Positions 48,925 to 58,613 of a stretch of DNA of 64,000 bases are shown here, one piece after another. The stretch spans positions 1 to 64,000 of the forward strand of contig CAWDTA010000003.1 in NCBI GenBank assembly GCA_963805085.1, read 5' to 3'. Each line of letters begins with the position of its first letter. Position 1 is the first letter of the stretch. A model generated the notes under the pieces. It saw only the letters and a program-made list of their open reading frames with translations. It did no database searches and had not been told where the DNA came from. Position numbers and translations under genes: made by a program. The stretch is from an uncultured Veillonellaceae bacterium. GTDB taxonomy: Bacteria > Bacillota > Negativicutes > JARBTT01.

Positions 48925-48945
48925 ATTATACGAGGAGGAATTAAA

Positions 48946-51072
48946 TTGAACTTTTTTAAGAATCGTTTAAAAGTAGATGTTGGAGTGGATACCAACATGA
49001 AAACGGAGACGAAAAGTTTCTGGGGTATACGGAATCGACTAATTGTCATATTTTTGGCAATTACTTTTATTCCTTTGATCGTAGTGGGGTTTTTTATAGA
49101 TTGCAACATACGTAGCAGTGCGCAAGCAGATTTCACTACAGCGACTACGCGTGAGGTAACTCAAGTTGATAATGCAATTTCTATATTTTTTGACGGAATG
49201 AAGAAGAATACTAAAATGTTGGCTGAGAGTCCTAGCATCCGGCGGATGGATGGAAAGCTTACCTTATATATGGACAAGACTGGTGGGGCGGATGGCATGG
49301 CGCCAATGAAGCCTTTAGAAACAGGGGGATATGAAGCGAATCTTTATAGTACTTTCGGGCAGGTTATAAAGGCGCATCCGGAAGTATCTACAATTTCTTG
49401 GGGAACTTCGGACGGAGGATACCTTCAATATCCGGCTATACCACGAAAAGCTGGTTACGATTCTCGTGCTAGAGATTGGTATAAGGATACAATCAAGCAA
49501 CCGGATAAATTATTGTTAACCGATCCTTTTTTAACATCTAAAGGCATCCCTACAATCGGTGTTTTTACAACTGTTCGAAATCAAGACAATACGATTAAAG
49601 GTGTTTTGGGCTTTAATATTGATTTGCCTGTAATTACAGAAATGATAAACAATATGAAGATGGGAAAAACTGGGTATGTAATTCTTCTTGATTCCCATGA
49701 TACAATAATCGCCAATCCAAAGAAACCAGATATGAATTTCAAAAATATTAAAGAAATGCAGATTGATGCTTTTAATGATATCAATAGTCTTGCTGGAACG
49801 TCTGTCGAAGTAACAATTGATGGGGTAAAACACCTTGCAAATGTAGTGGTATCGCCAACTACGGGGTGGAAATACCTTTGTTTGGTCGATGAGAATGAGG
49901 TGTTTTCTCAGTCGATTAGACTTCGACAAGTGATAATGGTTGCCACGTTTATTACTATTCTCATTGTGTTAGTCATTGCATTTTTACTGTCAAATCGAAT
50001 TGCAAAACCGTTAGTTACAATGGTACAAGTTTGTGACGAACTTGCTGCCGGTGATTTTCGTGATAAACCACGTCAAATGCTGAGAAAAGATGAAATTGGT
50101 CAATTAGCCGATGCTCTAGTAAATATGCGGGGGAGTATTCGTACGGTTTTTAAGCAGGTCAATGAATCGGCTGAACAGGTGGCGGCATCTTCGGAGGAAC
50201 TAACTGCCGGGGCAGAGCAGTCGGCGCAAGCTATTAGTCAGATAGTCGGAGCAATTAGCGATGTGGCACACGGAGCAGAGCAGCAATTGAAAGCAGTAGA
50301 CGGAACATCGGCAGTGGTAGAACAGATGTCAGCTGGTATTCAGCAAGCCGCCGCTAGTGCTAACCAGGTAGCCGGTATTTCATCGCAAGCCGCAGAAAAG
50401 GCAAGAGACGGCGATATGGTGGTGGAGCAGGCTGTTAGTCAAATGGAACATACTGAACAAAATGTCAATAAATCTGCACAAGTCGTTGCTAAGTTGGGCG
50501 AAAGGTCTAAAGAAATCGGGCAGATTGTTGATACGATATCTGGAATCGCTGGGCAGACCAATCTACTGGCGCTTAATGCCGCGATTGAAGCTGCCAGAGC
50601 CGGAGAACAGGGAAAAGGATTCGCCGTTGTAGCGGAAGAAGTGCGCAAGTTGGCGGAACAGTCACAAGAGGCGGCAAAACAAATTGCTGCCATGATTAGT
50701 GAAATTCAGGGTGATACAGATAAAGCCGTTGTCGCCATGGACGAAGGTACCCGCGATGTCAAAGGTGGGACGGAGGTTGTCGTTAAAGCAGGTCAAGCAT
50801 TTAAGGAAATTAGGGTTTTGGTAACGGAAGTTTCAGGACAAGTGAAGGAAATCTCTGCTACTATGCAGCAAATGGCCAGCGGTAGTCAGCAAATCGTAGC
50901 AGCTGTGAAAGAAATTGATGGGCACAGTAAAATGTCGGTTGGAAAAGCCCAGGCAGTGTCGGCGGCTACAGAAGAACAATCGGCCTCCATGGAAGAAATT
51001 GCTTCATCCAGTCAGAGTCTTGCTAAGTTGGCACAGGATCTTCAAACAGCCGTCAGTCATTTCCGGGTTTAG
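48946..51072 (+). CDS. methyl-accepting chemotaxis protein (dCache-HAMP-MA)
   Basis: YDSRARDWY and [38 protein letters not shown] motifs. TTG start after AGGAGG. Confidence 0.95.
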   Translation: MNFFKNRLKVDVGVDTNMKTETKSFWGIRNRLIVIFLAITFIPLIVVGFFIDCNIRSSAQADFTTATTREVTQVDNAISIFFDGMKKNTKMLAESPSIRRMDGKLTLYMDKTGGADGMAPMKPLETGGYEANLYSTFGQVIKAHPEVSTISWGTSDGGYLQYPAIPRKAGYDSRARDWYKDTIKQPDKLLLTDPFLTSKGIPTIGVFTTVRNQDNTIKGVLGFNIDLPVITEMINNMKMGKTGYVILLDSHDTIIANPKKPDMNFKNIKEMQIDAFNDINSLAGTSVEVTIDGVKHLANVVVSPTTGWKYLCLVDENEVFSQSIRLRQVIMVATFITILIVLVIAFLLSNRIAKPLVTMVQVCDELAAGDFRDKPRQMLRKDEIGQLADALVNMRGSIRTVFKQVNESAEQVAASSEELTAGAEQSAQAISQIVGAISDVAHGAEQQLKAVDGTSAVVEQMSAGIQQAAASANQVAGISSQAAEKARDGDMVVEQAVSQMEHTEQNVNKSAQVVAKLGERSKEIGQIVDTISGIAGQTNLLALNAAIEAARAGEQGKGFAVVAEEVRKLAEQSQEAAKQIAAMISEIQGDTDKAVVAMDEGTRDVKGGTEVVVKAGQAFKEIRVLVTEVSGQVKEISATMQQMASGSQQIVAAVKEIDGHSKMSVGKAQAVSAATEEQSASMEEIASSSQSLAKLAQDLQTAVSHFRV

Positions 51073-51221
51073 TATTTGTGACATGCGGAGACGTCCCCTT
51101 TTTACAATTATTTTAGCAAAAAAATATACTTTTAGAAATGTTTTTTGTATACTGATGGTGTTTCTTAAATATAAAAAAGACGAATTAATAAAATGTTTTG
51201 CTAAAAATGGAAGGGGATTTT

Positions 51222-52166
51222 ATGAATATATTATTCAATCGTGTGGTAGGTGTTTTTGCTTTGGTATGTGTGTTGATAAGTACTATAGGTTGTAGTAAGT
51301 CAGCGGATTATATTGATTTTAATAAAACTCAAGCTGCAGTGCCGATGGATGAAAATCAAGAAAAAGAGCAGCGACCTTTGGTTATTGCGGTAGCCGCTGT
51401 AATTTCCCCAAAAGAAACCATTAATTGTTATAGACTTATAGCACAGCATATATCGGAAGCTACTGGACATTCAACCGTATTGATTCAGCGTAAAACTTAC
51501 GCTGAAATTAATATGCTGTTATCTAATGGCGAGGCAGATATGGCATTTCTATCTACAGGCTCTTATATTTCTTATCGGGGATTGAACGAAATTGAGCTAC
51601 TTGCTATGGCTGAACTTGGAAATGAGTCTCTATATAAAACGGATATTATTGTGAACAAAGACAGTGATATTTATAGTTTCGCTGATTTAGAAGGGCGGAC
51701 ATTTGCCTTTACAGATCCTTTGAGTTTTTCTGGACATATTGTCGTTGCAGATATTTTACATCAAGAGAATACTACTACTGAAAGATATTTTAAACGTTAT
51801 TTCTATACTTATAATCATGATAAATCTTTATGGGCTGTAGCAAATCACGTCGCTGATGCTGCTAGTATTGATAGTCAGATTTATGAATATGCCGAGATCC
51901 ATACGCCCGAGCTGACGGATCGTATTCGCATTATCGCTGCTTTAAATCCAGCACCAACAGGACCGGTAGTTGTACGTAAAAATCTGCCGACATCGCAAAA
52001 AGAGCAGCTTAGGCAAATGTTTCTACAAATGAATCGGGAACCAGAACTTGAAAAAGCAATGCAAAAATTGATGATTGATCGTTTTGTTTCTCCTCAGCCG
52101 GAATTGTATATTCCACTGAAGAAAATTTATGATCGGATTAGTATGGATTATGAAAATAATGTTTAA
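51222..52166 (+). CDS. PhnD/phosphonate-binding-like extracytoplasmic sensor lipoprotein
   Basis: Lipobox-like TIGC, QRKTYAEIN, FAFTDPLSFSG and HDKSLWAV motifs; overlaps the kinase gene; no ABC permease or ATPase nearby. Confidence 0.8.
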   Translation: MNILFNRVVGVFALVCVLISTIGCSKSADYIDFNKTQAAVPMDENQEKEQRPLVIAVAAVISPKETINCYRLIAQHISEATGHSTVLIQRKTYAEINMLLSNGEADMAFLSTGSYISYRGLNEIELLAMAELGNESLYKTDIIVNKDSDIYSFADLEGRTFAFTDPLSFSGHIVVADILHQENTTTERYFKRYFYTYNHDKSLWAVANHVADAASIDSQIYEYAEIHTPELTDRIRIIAALNPAPTGPVVVRKNLPTSQKEQLRQMFLQMNREPELEKAMQKLMIDRFVSPQPELYIPLKKIYDRISMDYENNV

Positions 52167-53604
52167 AAAGATTGCAATAAAGCTAAGCAACATGAGTTTG
52201 TATTATAAGATTAATATTTTTGTTATTGGAATGATCTTAGTATCTGGCTTACTGGGTGGCGGTATCGTGTTACAGACGACATCACAACTTATGGAGACAC
52301 AATTAGATAAACGAGGAATAGAAATTGCAAATTCGATTGCCTCTCTTAGCGGTAATGATGTTTTGCTCGAAGACTATTTTTCTATTTCTGATCGTTTAAG
52401 TAAGACAAAGAACAATAATAAAGAAGTCCGCTACATTTTAGTTACAGATGCTGCTGGTCATATTTTAGTAAGTACGTTTCATAATGGTTTACCGGAAGGT
52501 CTTGGTAGTATTCGATTGCCAATACACGAAGGCACGGATTCACAGCCTTGGATTAAGTTTTTTGATAGTAATGAGGGCGTTGTTCGTGAAATTTTATTTC
52601 CAATTGAAGATGGTACGATTGGTTTTATAAGAATTGGTATGTCGGAGAACATCACTCGAAATTTACTTGAAGAAAAAATGCAAGAGATTTTTCTTACTGC
52701 TTTAATTGTTTGTGCATTGGCTGCGATTGGTGCGACTCGCTTGTCTTATCTGTTAGTTCAGCCAGTGCGTGTTCTTTTAGAGGCAACTGGACAAATCCAA
52801 AAGGGTGATTATAATGTTCGGCTTAATGTTTATAGTGAAGATGAAATAGGAAACTTAGCGAAAGCATTCAATGCCATGGCGCATAGTCTTCGTAAAAAAA
52901 ATTCAGAGAATAGTAGACTTTTAAGAGAACTAAAAGCTAAAGAGCTATTGCGTGTATCTCTGATTAGAAAATTATTTAAAGTGAAAGAGGATGAACAGAG
53001 ACGTTTATCGCGAGAACTACATGATGAGACTGGACAGTGCATGGCATCGTTACTTGCATATATAAAAGTGTTACATACAAAAATGACAACGGAAGAGCAA
53101 AAAACATTACTTGCTGAGGCACGTAATGTCACTGTTAATGTATTGGAAGGAATACGAAAAATGGCGGTTGAGCTACGGCCACCGTCGCTTGATTATCTGG
53201 GCGTTGTTGCAGCTATGGAAAAATATATTTTAAATTTTGTTCAGCAATATTCAGTTGATGTACACTTTTTACCACCTCCCAATAAACTTATCATTTCAAA
53301 TGATCTGGCGGTATCTCTATATCGTATTTTACAAGAAAGTTTAACCAATATAGTTCGGCATGCTAAAGCAAAAAATGCAGAAGTTATGATAACGCAAGAT
53401 GAAACATCCATTTGTATGCAAATCTGTGATGATGGTCAGGGGATGGCTGACGATGCTTTAGAAATTGCTCGTCAAAATAATCGATTGGGTTTGTTTGGAA
53501 TGCAGGAACGAGTTGAACTATTAGGAGGAATTTTTCAAATTAAATCGATAAAGGGACAAGGTACAATGATTATGGTAATTTTACCGATAGGAAGTGACGA
53601 ATAA
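52150..53604 (+). CDS. HAMP-containing sensor histidine kinase (HisKA_3)
   Basis: RLSRELHDETGQ, LRPPSLD, QESLTNIVRHA, DDGQG and GLFGMQER motifs. Confidence 0.93.
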   Translation: MKIMFKKIAIKLSNMSLYYKINIFVIGMILVSGLLGGGIVLQTTSQLMETQLDKRGIEIANSIASLSGNDVLLEDYFSISDRLSKTKNNNKEVRYILVTDAAGHILVSTFHNGLPEGLGSIRLPIHEGTDSQPWIKFFDSNEGVVREILFPIEDGTIGFIRIGMSENITRNLLEEKMQEIFLTALIVCALAAIGATRLSYLLVQPVRVLLEATGQIQKGDYNVRLNVYSEDEIGNLAKAFNAMAHSLRKKNSENSRLLRELKAKELLRVSLIRKLFKVKEDEQRRLSRELHDETGQCMASLLAYIKVLHTKMTTEEQKTLLAEARNVTVNVLEGIRKMAVELRPPSLDYLGVVAAMEKYILNFVQQYSVDVHFLPPPNKLIISNDLAVSLYRILQESLTNIVRHAKAKNAEVMITQDETSICMQICDDGQGMADDALEIARQNNRLGLFGMQERVELLGGIFQIKSIKGQGTMIMVILPIGSDE

Positions 53605-54256
53605 TATGGGAAAACTTAAAATATTGCTAGCGGATGACCATGCTGTTTTGCGTGCTGGATTAAAATTACTTTTAAACAATGAAACTGACTTTATTGTCGC
53701 AGGTGAAGCGGCTAGTGGACAAGAGGCTCTTCAACTACTGGAAACTATTTCTGCTGATATTCTATTACTAGATCTTTCTATGCCAGAAATGAGTGGATTG
53801 GAATGCTTACGCCAAATCAAAAAGCGTGGCTATTGTATTAAAATTCTTGTTTTGACAATGTATCAAGATGAACAATATATAAAAGAAGCCATGCAGCTGG
53901 GGGCATGTGGTTATTTGGAAAAAAATTCTTTAGACACGGAATTGTTTCAGGCGTTACGTGCAGTTGCACAAGGAAAGCGTTATTTACGGCAACAAGATGC
54001 ACAGCGTTTGTTAGATAATTTATTTAAGTCTACAGATGAAATAGCCGCGAAACCACCTGTATTTCTCAGTAAACGTGAAAAAGAAGTTTTGGAGCTTTTT
54101 GTGCGAGGATATTCCATAAGCGATATCTCGGAGATGCTTTATCTTAGTGTAAAAACTGTCAGCACTTATAAAACAAGATTGATGATTAAACTTAATTGTA
54201 CGCAAAAAAGTGAATTGGTTGAGTATGCCATAAAACATAATTTCCTAATAAAATGA
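53594..54256 (+). CDS. NarL/LuxR-family response regulator
   Basis: LADDH, LDLSMP and LSKREKEVL...LSVKTVSTY motifs. Start may be ATG 53606. Confidence 0.93.
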   Translation: MTNNMGKLKILLADDHAVLRAGLKLLLNNETDFIVAGEAASGQEALQLLETISADILLLDLSMPEMSGLECLRQIKKRGYCIKILVLTMYQDEQYIKEAMQLGACGYLEKNSLDTELFQALRAVAQGKRYLRQQDAQRLLDNLFKSTDEIAAKPPVFLSKREKEVLELFVRGYSISDISEMLYLSVKTVSTYKTRLMIKLNCTQKSELVEYAIKHNFLIK

Positions 54257-54311
54257 CGTAGTATACTATAGTGTTTTAAATATTAATTCTAAGATATGAG
54301 GAGGACGAATT

Positions 54312-55928
54312 ATGGAAAAAGCGACTGTAATTGTAATCGGTGGTGGTGCTACAGGCGTAGGAATTTTGCGTGATTTGGTGATGCGCGGTGTTGATGCCTT
54401 GCTTCTTGAAATGCGCGATTTAGTACACGGTACGAGTTCACGTTATCATGGCTTGTTGCACAGTGGTGCTCGTTATGCGGTAAAGGATTCCGATGCCGGA
54501 CGTGAGTGCATCGAAGAAAATATGATTTTACGTAAAATAGGTAGACATTGCGTTGAAGCGACAGAAGGATTTTTTGTTCGTTTACCAGAAGATGATCCGG
54601 CTTATGAACAAGAATGGGTGGAGGCTTGTAAAACAATCAATCTTCCAGCGATTCAGATTGACCCAGCAGAAGCTTGGTATTTAGAACCGAACTTAACACA
54701 TCGTGCGCAGTCGGTGTATCGTGTTCCAGATGCGGCGATTGATGGGTTTCGTATGGCTTGGCAGAATGTTGACTCGGCAAAAAAATATGGCGGTAGAGTG
54801 AAAACTTATACAGAAGTTGTCAGAATCAATTCCGTCAATGGTCAAGTCATAAGTGTTACCGTACGTAACTTTTTTACGAAACAAGAATATGACATTGAAT
54901 GTGAATTTGTCGTGAATGCAGCTGGCCCGTGGGCAGGAAAGGTTGCAGGTTGTGCTGATCTCATGGTAAATGTGCAACCAGATAGAGGTACGTTGATTGC
55001 GTTTAATCATCGTTTGACAAATCGTGTAATCAATCGGTTGCATAAATCCTCTGATGGAGATATTTTTGTACCGCATGGCTCAATTACAATACTAGGAACG
55101 ACCTCTGCGTCTGTTGAATCACCAGATGATACACAGCCACTCACATCCGAAGTAGAATATTTACTACGGATTGGGGAACTTACCTTTGAAAATTTGCGTA
55201 ACTTTAGAATTTTGCGAGCGTTTTGCGGTGCTAGACCACTTTATAGTGCTGATCCGAATGCCAAAGGACGCGGGGCATCTCGTGGCTTTGTTGTTTTAGA
55301 TCATGAATATGATGGACTTAAAGGATTTGTTAGTATCTGTGGTGGTAAGTTTACAACGTACCGTATGATGGCAGAACAGTTAACTGATCTTGTCTGCAAA
55401 AAATTACATAACGAAAAACCTTGTCGTACGGCAATTGAACCACTTGTTGAAGATATTTCACCACAGGTTTTGGCAAAAGCGCGTCAGTATTTTCCTAATT
55501 TCGGCGTGAATTTGGCTGCTTCAAGATTGGGTGAAGAGCGATTGCAAGAAGTGATCAACCGCATGGTGGAAAATCCGGTAAAGTCTGAACTTGTTTGTGA
55601 ATGTGAAAATGTTACGATGGCAGAGGTTGAAGTAGCAGCAGAGGCCTCGACAAGTTATACGCTTGGTGATATTCGCAGAAAGACGCGCATGGGAATGGGA
55701 ACATGCCAAGGCGCTTTTTGTACCTTCCGTGGTATGGGAATGGTGGCGCAGTCTGACTTGGTAAAAGATCAAGATACGCTGCAGGAAATGAAAGATTTCT
55801 TGCAATCTCGTTATAAAGGCATCTCACCAGCACTTTGGGGTAGTACGATCCGAGAAGTGGAATTGATGCGAGGAATTTATGATGGTGTATTAAATCTAGA
55901 TGGAGAGATATTTGATGAAAAAAACTGA
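54312..55928 (+). CDS. glpA: anaerobic glycerol-3-phosphate dehydrogenase subunit A
   Basis: IGGGATG, GTSSRYHGLLHSGARYAVKD, GGKFTTYR and CECE...RMGMGTCQG motifs. Confidence 0.93.
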   Translation: MEKATVIVIGGGATGVGILRDLVMRGVDALLLEMRDLVHGTSSRYHGLLHSGARYAVKDSDAGRECIEENMILRKIGRHCVEATEGFFVRLPEDDPAYEQEWVEACKTINLPAIQIDPAEAWYLEPNLTHRAQSVYRVPDAAIDGFRMAWQNVDSAKKYGGRVKTYTEVVRINSVNGQVISVTVRNFFTKQEYDIECEFVVNAAGPWAGKVAGCADLMVNVQPDRGTLIAFNHRLTNRVINRLHKSSDGDIFVPHGSITILGTTSASVESPDDTQPLTSEVEYLLRIGELTFENLRNFRILRAFCGARPLYSADPNAKGRGASRGFVVLDHEYDGLKGFVSICGGKFTTYRMMAEQLTDLVCKKLHNEKPCRTAIEPLVEDISPQVLAKARQYFPNFGVNLAASRLGEERLQEVINRMVENPVKSELVCECENVTMAEVEVAAEASTSYTLGDIRRKTRMGMGTCQGAFCTFRGMGMVAQSDLVKDQDTLQEMKDFLQSRYKGISPALWGSTIREVELMRGIYDGVLNLDGEIFDEKN

Positions 55929-57192
55929 TGTGATTGTAATTGGTGGCGGAGTATCCGGCATGTTATCGGCAATTGCTGTTGCCAAAAAAGGAAAGAAGGT
56001 AACCTTACTTAGATATGGTACTGGGGCTTTTGAAATTGGTGGCGGGTTAATAGATATTATGGCGTATCCAAAAGAAAGAAAAGCATGTAGTACCCTCAAG
56101 CAGAGCATGGACAAGCTTGGTGAGGAGCATCCTTATAGTAAACTTGGATTGCTGGCGGTAGAAGAAGCTGTGAAGTTTTTTTTGGATCTTAGTAAAGAAG
56201 AAAATTTTGTCTATGAAGGAAGTACCCAAAAGCTGCATTGGGTGCCAACTGCTGTTGGCACAATGAAACCGACTGGACTTTATACAAAAACTTTTAATGG
56301 TCAAATACTAAAAGATGCAGATTCGATTTATCTGGTTGATTTTAAAGGTTTGAAAGATTACTATGCAAAATTAACAGAAAAGAATCTTAGGAAAATCTTT
56401 GGTGAGGATAAAGTGTATAAGGTTGTTACAGTAGATCCTCATATGGAAGACGCTGTAGGTGGTCGCGATATCATGATTATGGATATTGCGCGTTGGCTGG
56501 ATACTTCAGAAGGTCTTGAAGAATGTAGTAAACAGTTGAAACATCTTGTAAAAGCGAACGCAGCTATTGTTTTTCCACAGGTATTGGGGACGAAACCCGA
56601 CTATACTGTGTATGAAATATTAAAAGCAGAATTACAGTGTGAGCTTACAGAAACGTTGAGTATACCACCATCGGCAGCTGGTATGCGTCTGGCAGAAATG
56701 CTACATAATTGTGCTAGAAAATATGGTGTGAAAATCATCGAAAACGCCAAAGTAATAGATTCTATTATTAAAGAGAATGCCTGTGAAGCGGTTGTTGTCA
56801 GCGGTGTAGGCAAAGAACATACGTATTATGCCGAGCAATTTATTTTGGCAACTGGCGGATTTTATGGATCTGGTTTAGAAGTTCTCGGTGTGAAAAAAAT
56901 AAATGAGCCTATCTTCGATTTGCCAATTACTTTTGCAGCAAATACGGAAAAGTGGGGGAATTTAGAATTCTTTTCTAAGGAAAAACAACCCTTTGCTATG
57001 GCTGGAATTGAAGTGGATACTAGAATGCGTCCACTGAATCACAACGGGGAGCAGGTATTAAACAATGTGTTTGTTGTTGGACGTAATTTAAGTGGTTATG
57101 ATTTTGGCTTTGAGAAGTCTGGAAATGGCGTAGCGCTTGCATCTGCTCATCGGGCTGCTGCTGCAGTGTTGGAGGTAGAACAAAATGGCTGA
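55915..57192 (+). CDS. glpB: anaerobic glycerol-3-phosphate dehydrogenase subunit B
   Basis: IGGGVSG, HPYSKLG, PPSAAGMRL, LATGGF and EKSGNGVA motifs. Confidence 0.9.
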   Translation: MKKTDVIVIGGGVSGMLSAIAVAKKGKKVTLLRYGTGAFEIGGGLIDIMAYPKERKACSTLKQSMDKLGEEHPYSKLGLLAVEEAVKFFLDLSKEENFVYEGSTQKLHWVPTAVGTMKPTGLYTKTFNGQILKDADSIYLVDFKGLKDYYAKLTEKNLRKIFGEDKVYKVVTVDPHMEDAVGGRDIMIMDIARWLDTSEGLEECSKQLKHLVKANAAIVFPQVLGTKPDYTVYEILKAELQCELTETLSIPPSAAGMRLAEMLHNCARKYGVKIIENAKVIDSIIKENACEAVVVSGVGKEHTYYAEQFILATGGFYGSGLEVLGVKKINEPIFDLPITFAANTEKWGNLEFFSKEKQPFAMAGIEVDTRMRPLNHNGEQVLNNVFVVGRNLSGYDFGFEKSGNGVALASAHRAAAAVLEVEQNG

Positions 57193-58396
57193 TCAAAAAA
57201 TAAATTTACCAGACTGTTGTATTGCCTGTACAGCCTGTATAACCGCATGTCCAGTAACGGCGGCGACACAGAAATTTCGCGGCCCGAAACTAGTTGGACC
57301 CGCACAGTCTAGACTTCACTTTGCAGAAGAGGATACAGAAGCATCTTTGGATTATTGTTCCAACTGCAAGAACTGTGAAATAGCTTGTCCTTCTGGCGTT
57401 CCAATTTCAACCTTGAATATGTTGGCTCGCGCCAAATATTATGAAACACATTCGCATTCGCAGCGGGATGAAATGATGGGACATCCAGAAAAAATGGCCA
57501 AGCTTATCACGAAACTGCCATTGGGAGCATTTTTTGCTAATACAGGTATGGCAATTGGCCGTCCTATGGGAATCATAAAAGCAATGGGTATGGCAGATCA
57601 AAGACCACTGCCTAAGTATGCATCTGAAACTTTTATCTCTATGTTTAAAAATAAAAAACAGCCAGCTTCGGATAAGAAAATAGTGTTTTTCCCAGGATGC
57701 GTAATCAATTATAATGAACCACAAATCGGACTGGATTTTGTTGATGTAATGAATAAAAATGGCTATCAAGTATTGGTTGATGAAGGTTTTGTTTGCTGTG
57801 GTTCACCACTCCTCACCACAGGATATCTGGCCGAAGCAAAAGAAAATGCACAGAAAAATACGAGCCTCATTAAAAAATGGGTTGATAAAGGCTATCCTGT
57901 GCTCACGGTTTGCACGAGCTGTAGCTTGATGCTCAAGCAAGAATATCAAGAATTGTTTGAAGGTGAAATACCACACATGGAGAAAAATGCAAAACATATT
58001 TTTGATGCAGCAGAATTTTTGGAATTTCTTTATCAAAAGGGTGAGCTAAATGAAAACTTTGGCGAAGTGAGCCATAAATTTATGTATCATGCACCATGTC
58101 ATTTGAGAGCGCAGGGGATTGGTCTGCCAGCATTGGAATTGCTCAGTTTAGTGCCGGGTGTTGAAGTAAGCGATGCGGGTGTTGGCTGCTGTGGTATATC
58201 TGGAAACTACGGTTATAAAGCTGAAAACTATGACCGTTCCATAAAAATTGGCAAGAACTTATTCGATACGATTAAGGCCAGTAAGGTGGAGGTGGTTCTC
58301 ACGGACTGCGGTACTTGCCGCGGTCAGATTGGGCATGGGGCCAATGTAAAGACTATGCATCCAATTAGTATTTTAGCAAAATCTTATAAAAAATAG
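57185..58396 (+). CDS. glpC: anaerobic glycerol-3-phosphate dehydrogenase subunit C
   Basis: Two CxxCxxCxxxCP clusters and two CCG domains. Confidence 0.92.
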   Translation: MADQKINLPDCCIACTACITACPVTAATQKFRGPKLVGPAQSRLHFAEEDTEASLDYCSNCKNCEIACPSGVPISTLNMLARAKYYETHSHSQRDEMMGHPEKMAKLITKLPLGAFFANTGMAIGRPMGIIKAMGMADQRPLPKYASETFISMFKNKKQPASDKKIVFFPGCVINYNEPQIGLDFVDVMNKNGYQVLVDEGFVCCGSPLLTTGYLAEAKENAQKNTSLIKKWVDKGYPVLTVCTSCSLMLKQEYQELFEGEIPHMEKNAKHIFDAAEFLEFLYQKGELNENFGEVSHKFMYHAPCHLRAQGIGLPALELLSLVPGVEVSDAGVGCCGISGNYGYKAENYDRSIKIGKNLFDTIKASKVEVVLTDCGTCRGQIGHGANVKTMHPISILAKSYKK

Positions 58397-58444
58397 TCGT
58401 AATACATGTATGATTTTTGCATCAAATATTTTTGAACTACGCAT

Positions 58445-58481
58445 AAAAAAGCTCCGACAGATTTCTGTCGGAGCTTTTTTT
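58445..58481. terminator. intrinsic terminator after glpC
   Basis: AAAAAAGCTCCGACAGA-TT-TCTGTCGGAGCTTTTTT. Confidence 0.85.
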
Positions 58482-58613
58482 GATTTCAATCTGTGAGTAA
58501 GCAAAGCGCATAGTAAAAACTAACTTGCTATACACTTTGTTTTTTGCTTAAAGTCTATTACATACAAAATCGATGTAGCAGAAACTTTATTCTGCTACAT
58601 CCACTGCGTAAAA

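Larger units (their letters stand above)
47187..48934 (-). mobile_element. IS110-family element 2 (both CT cores included)
   Basis: AG at 47187-47188 and 48933-48934. Joining the ends gives TTGACA-17 nt-TATAAT. Confidence 0.9.
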
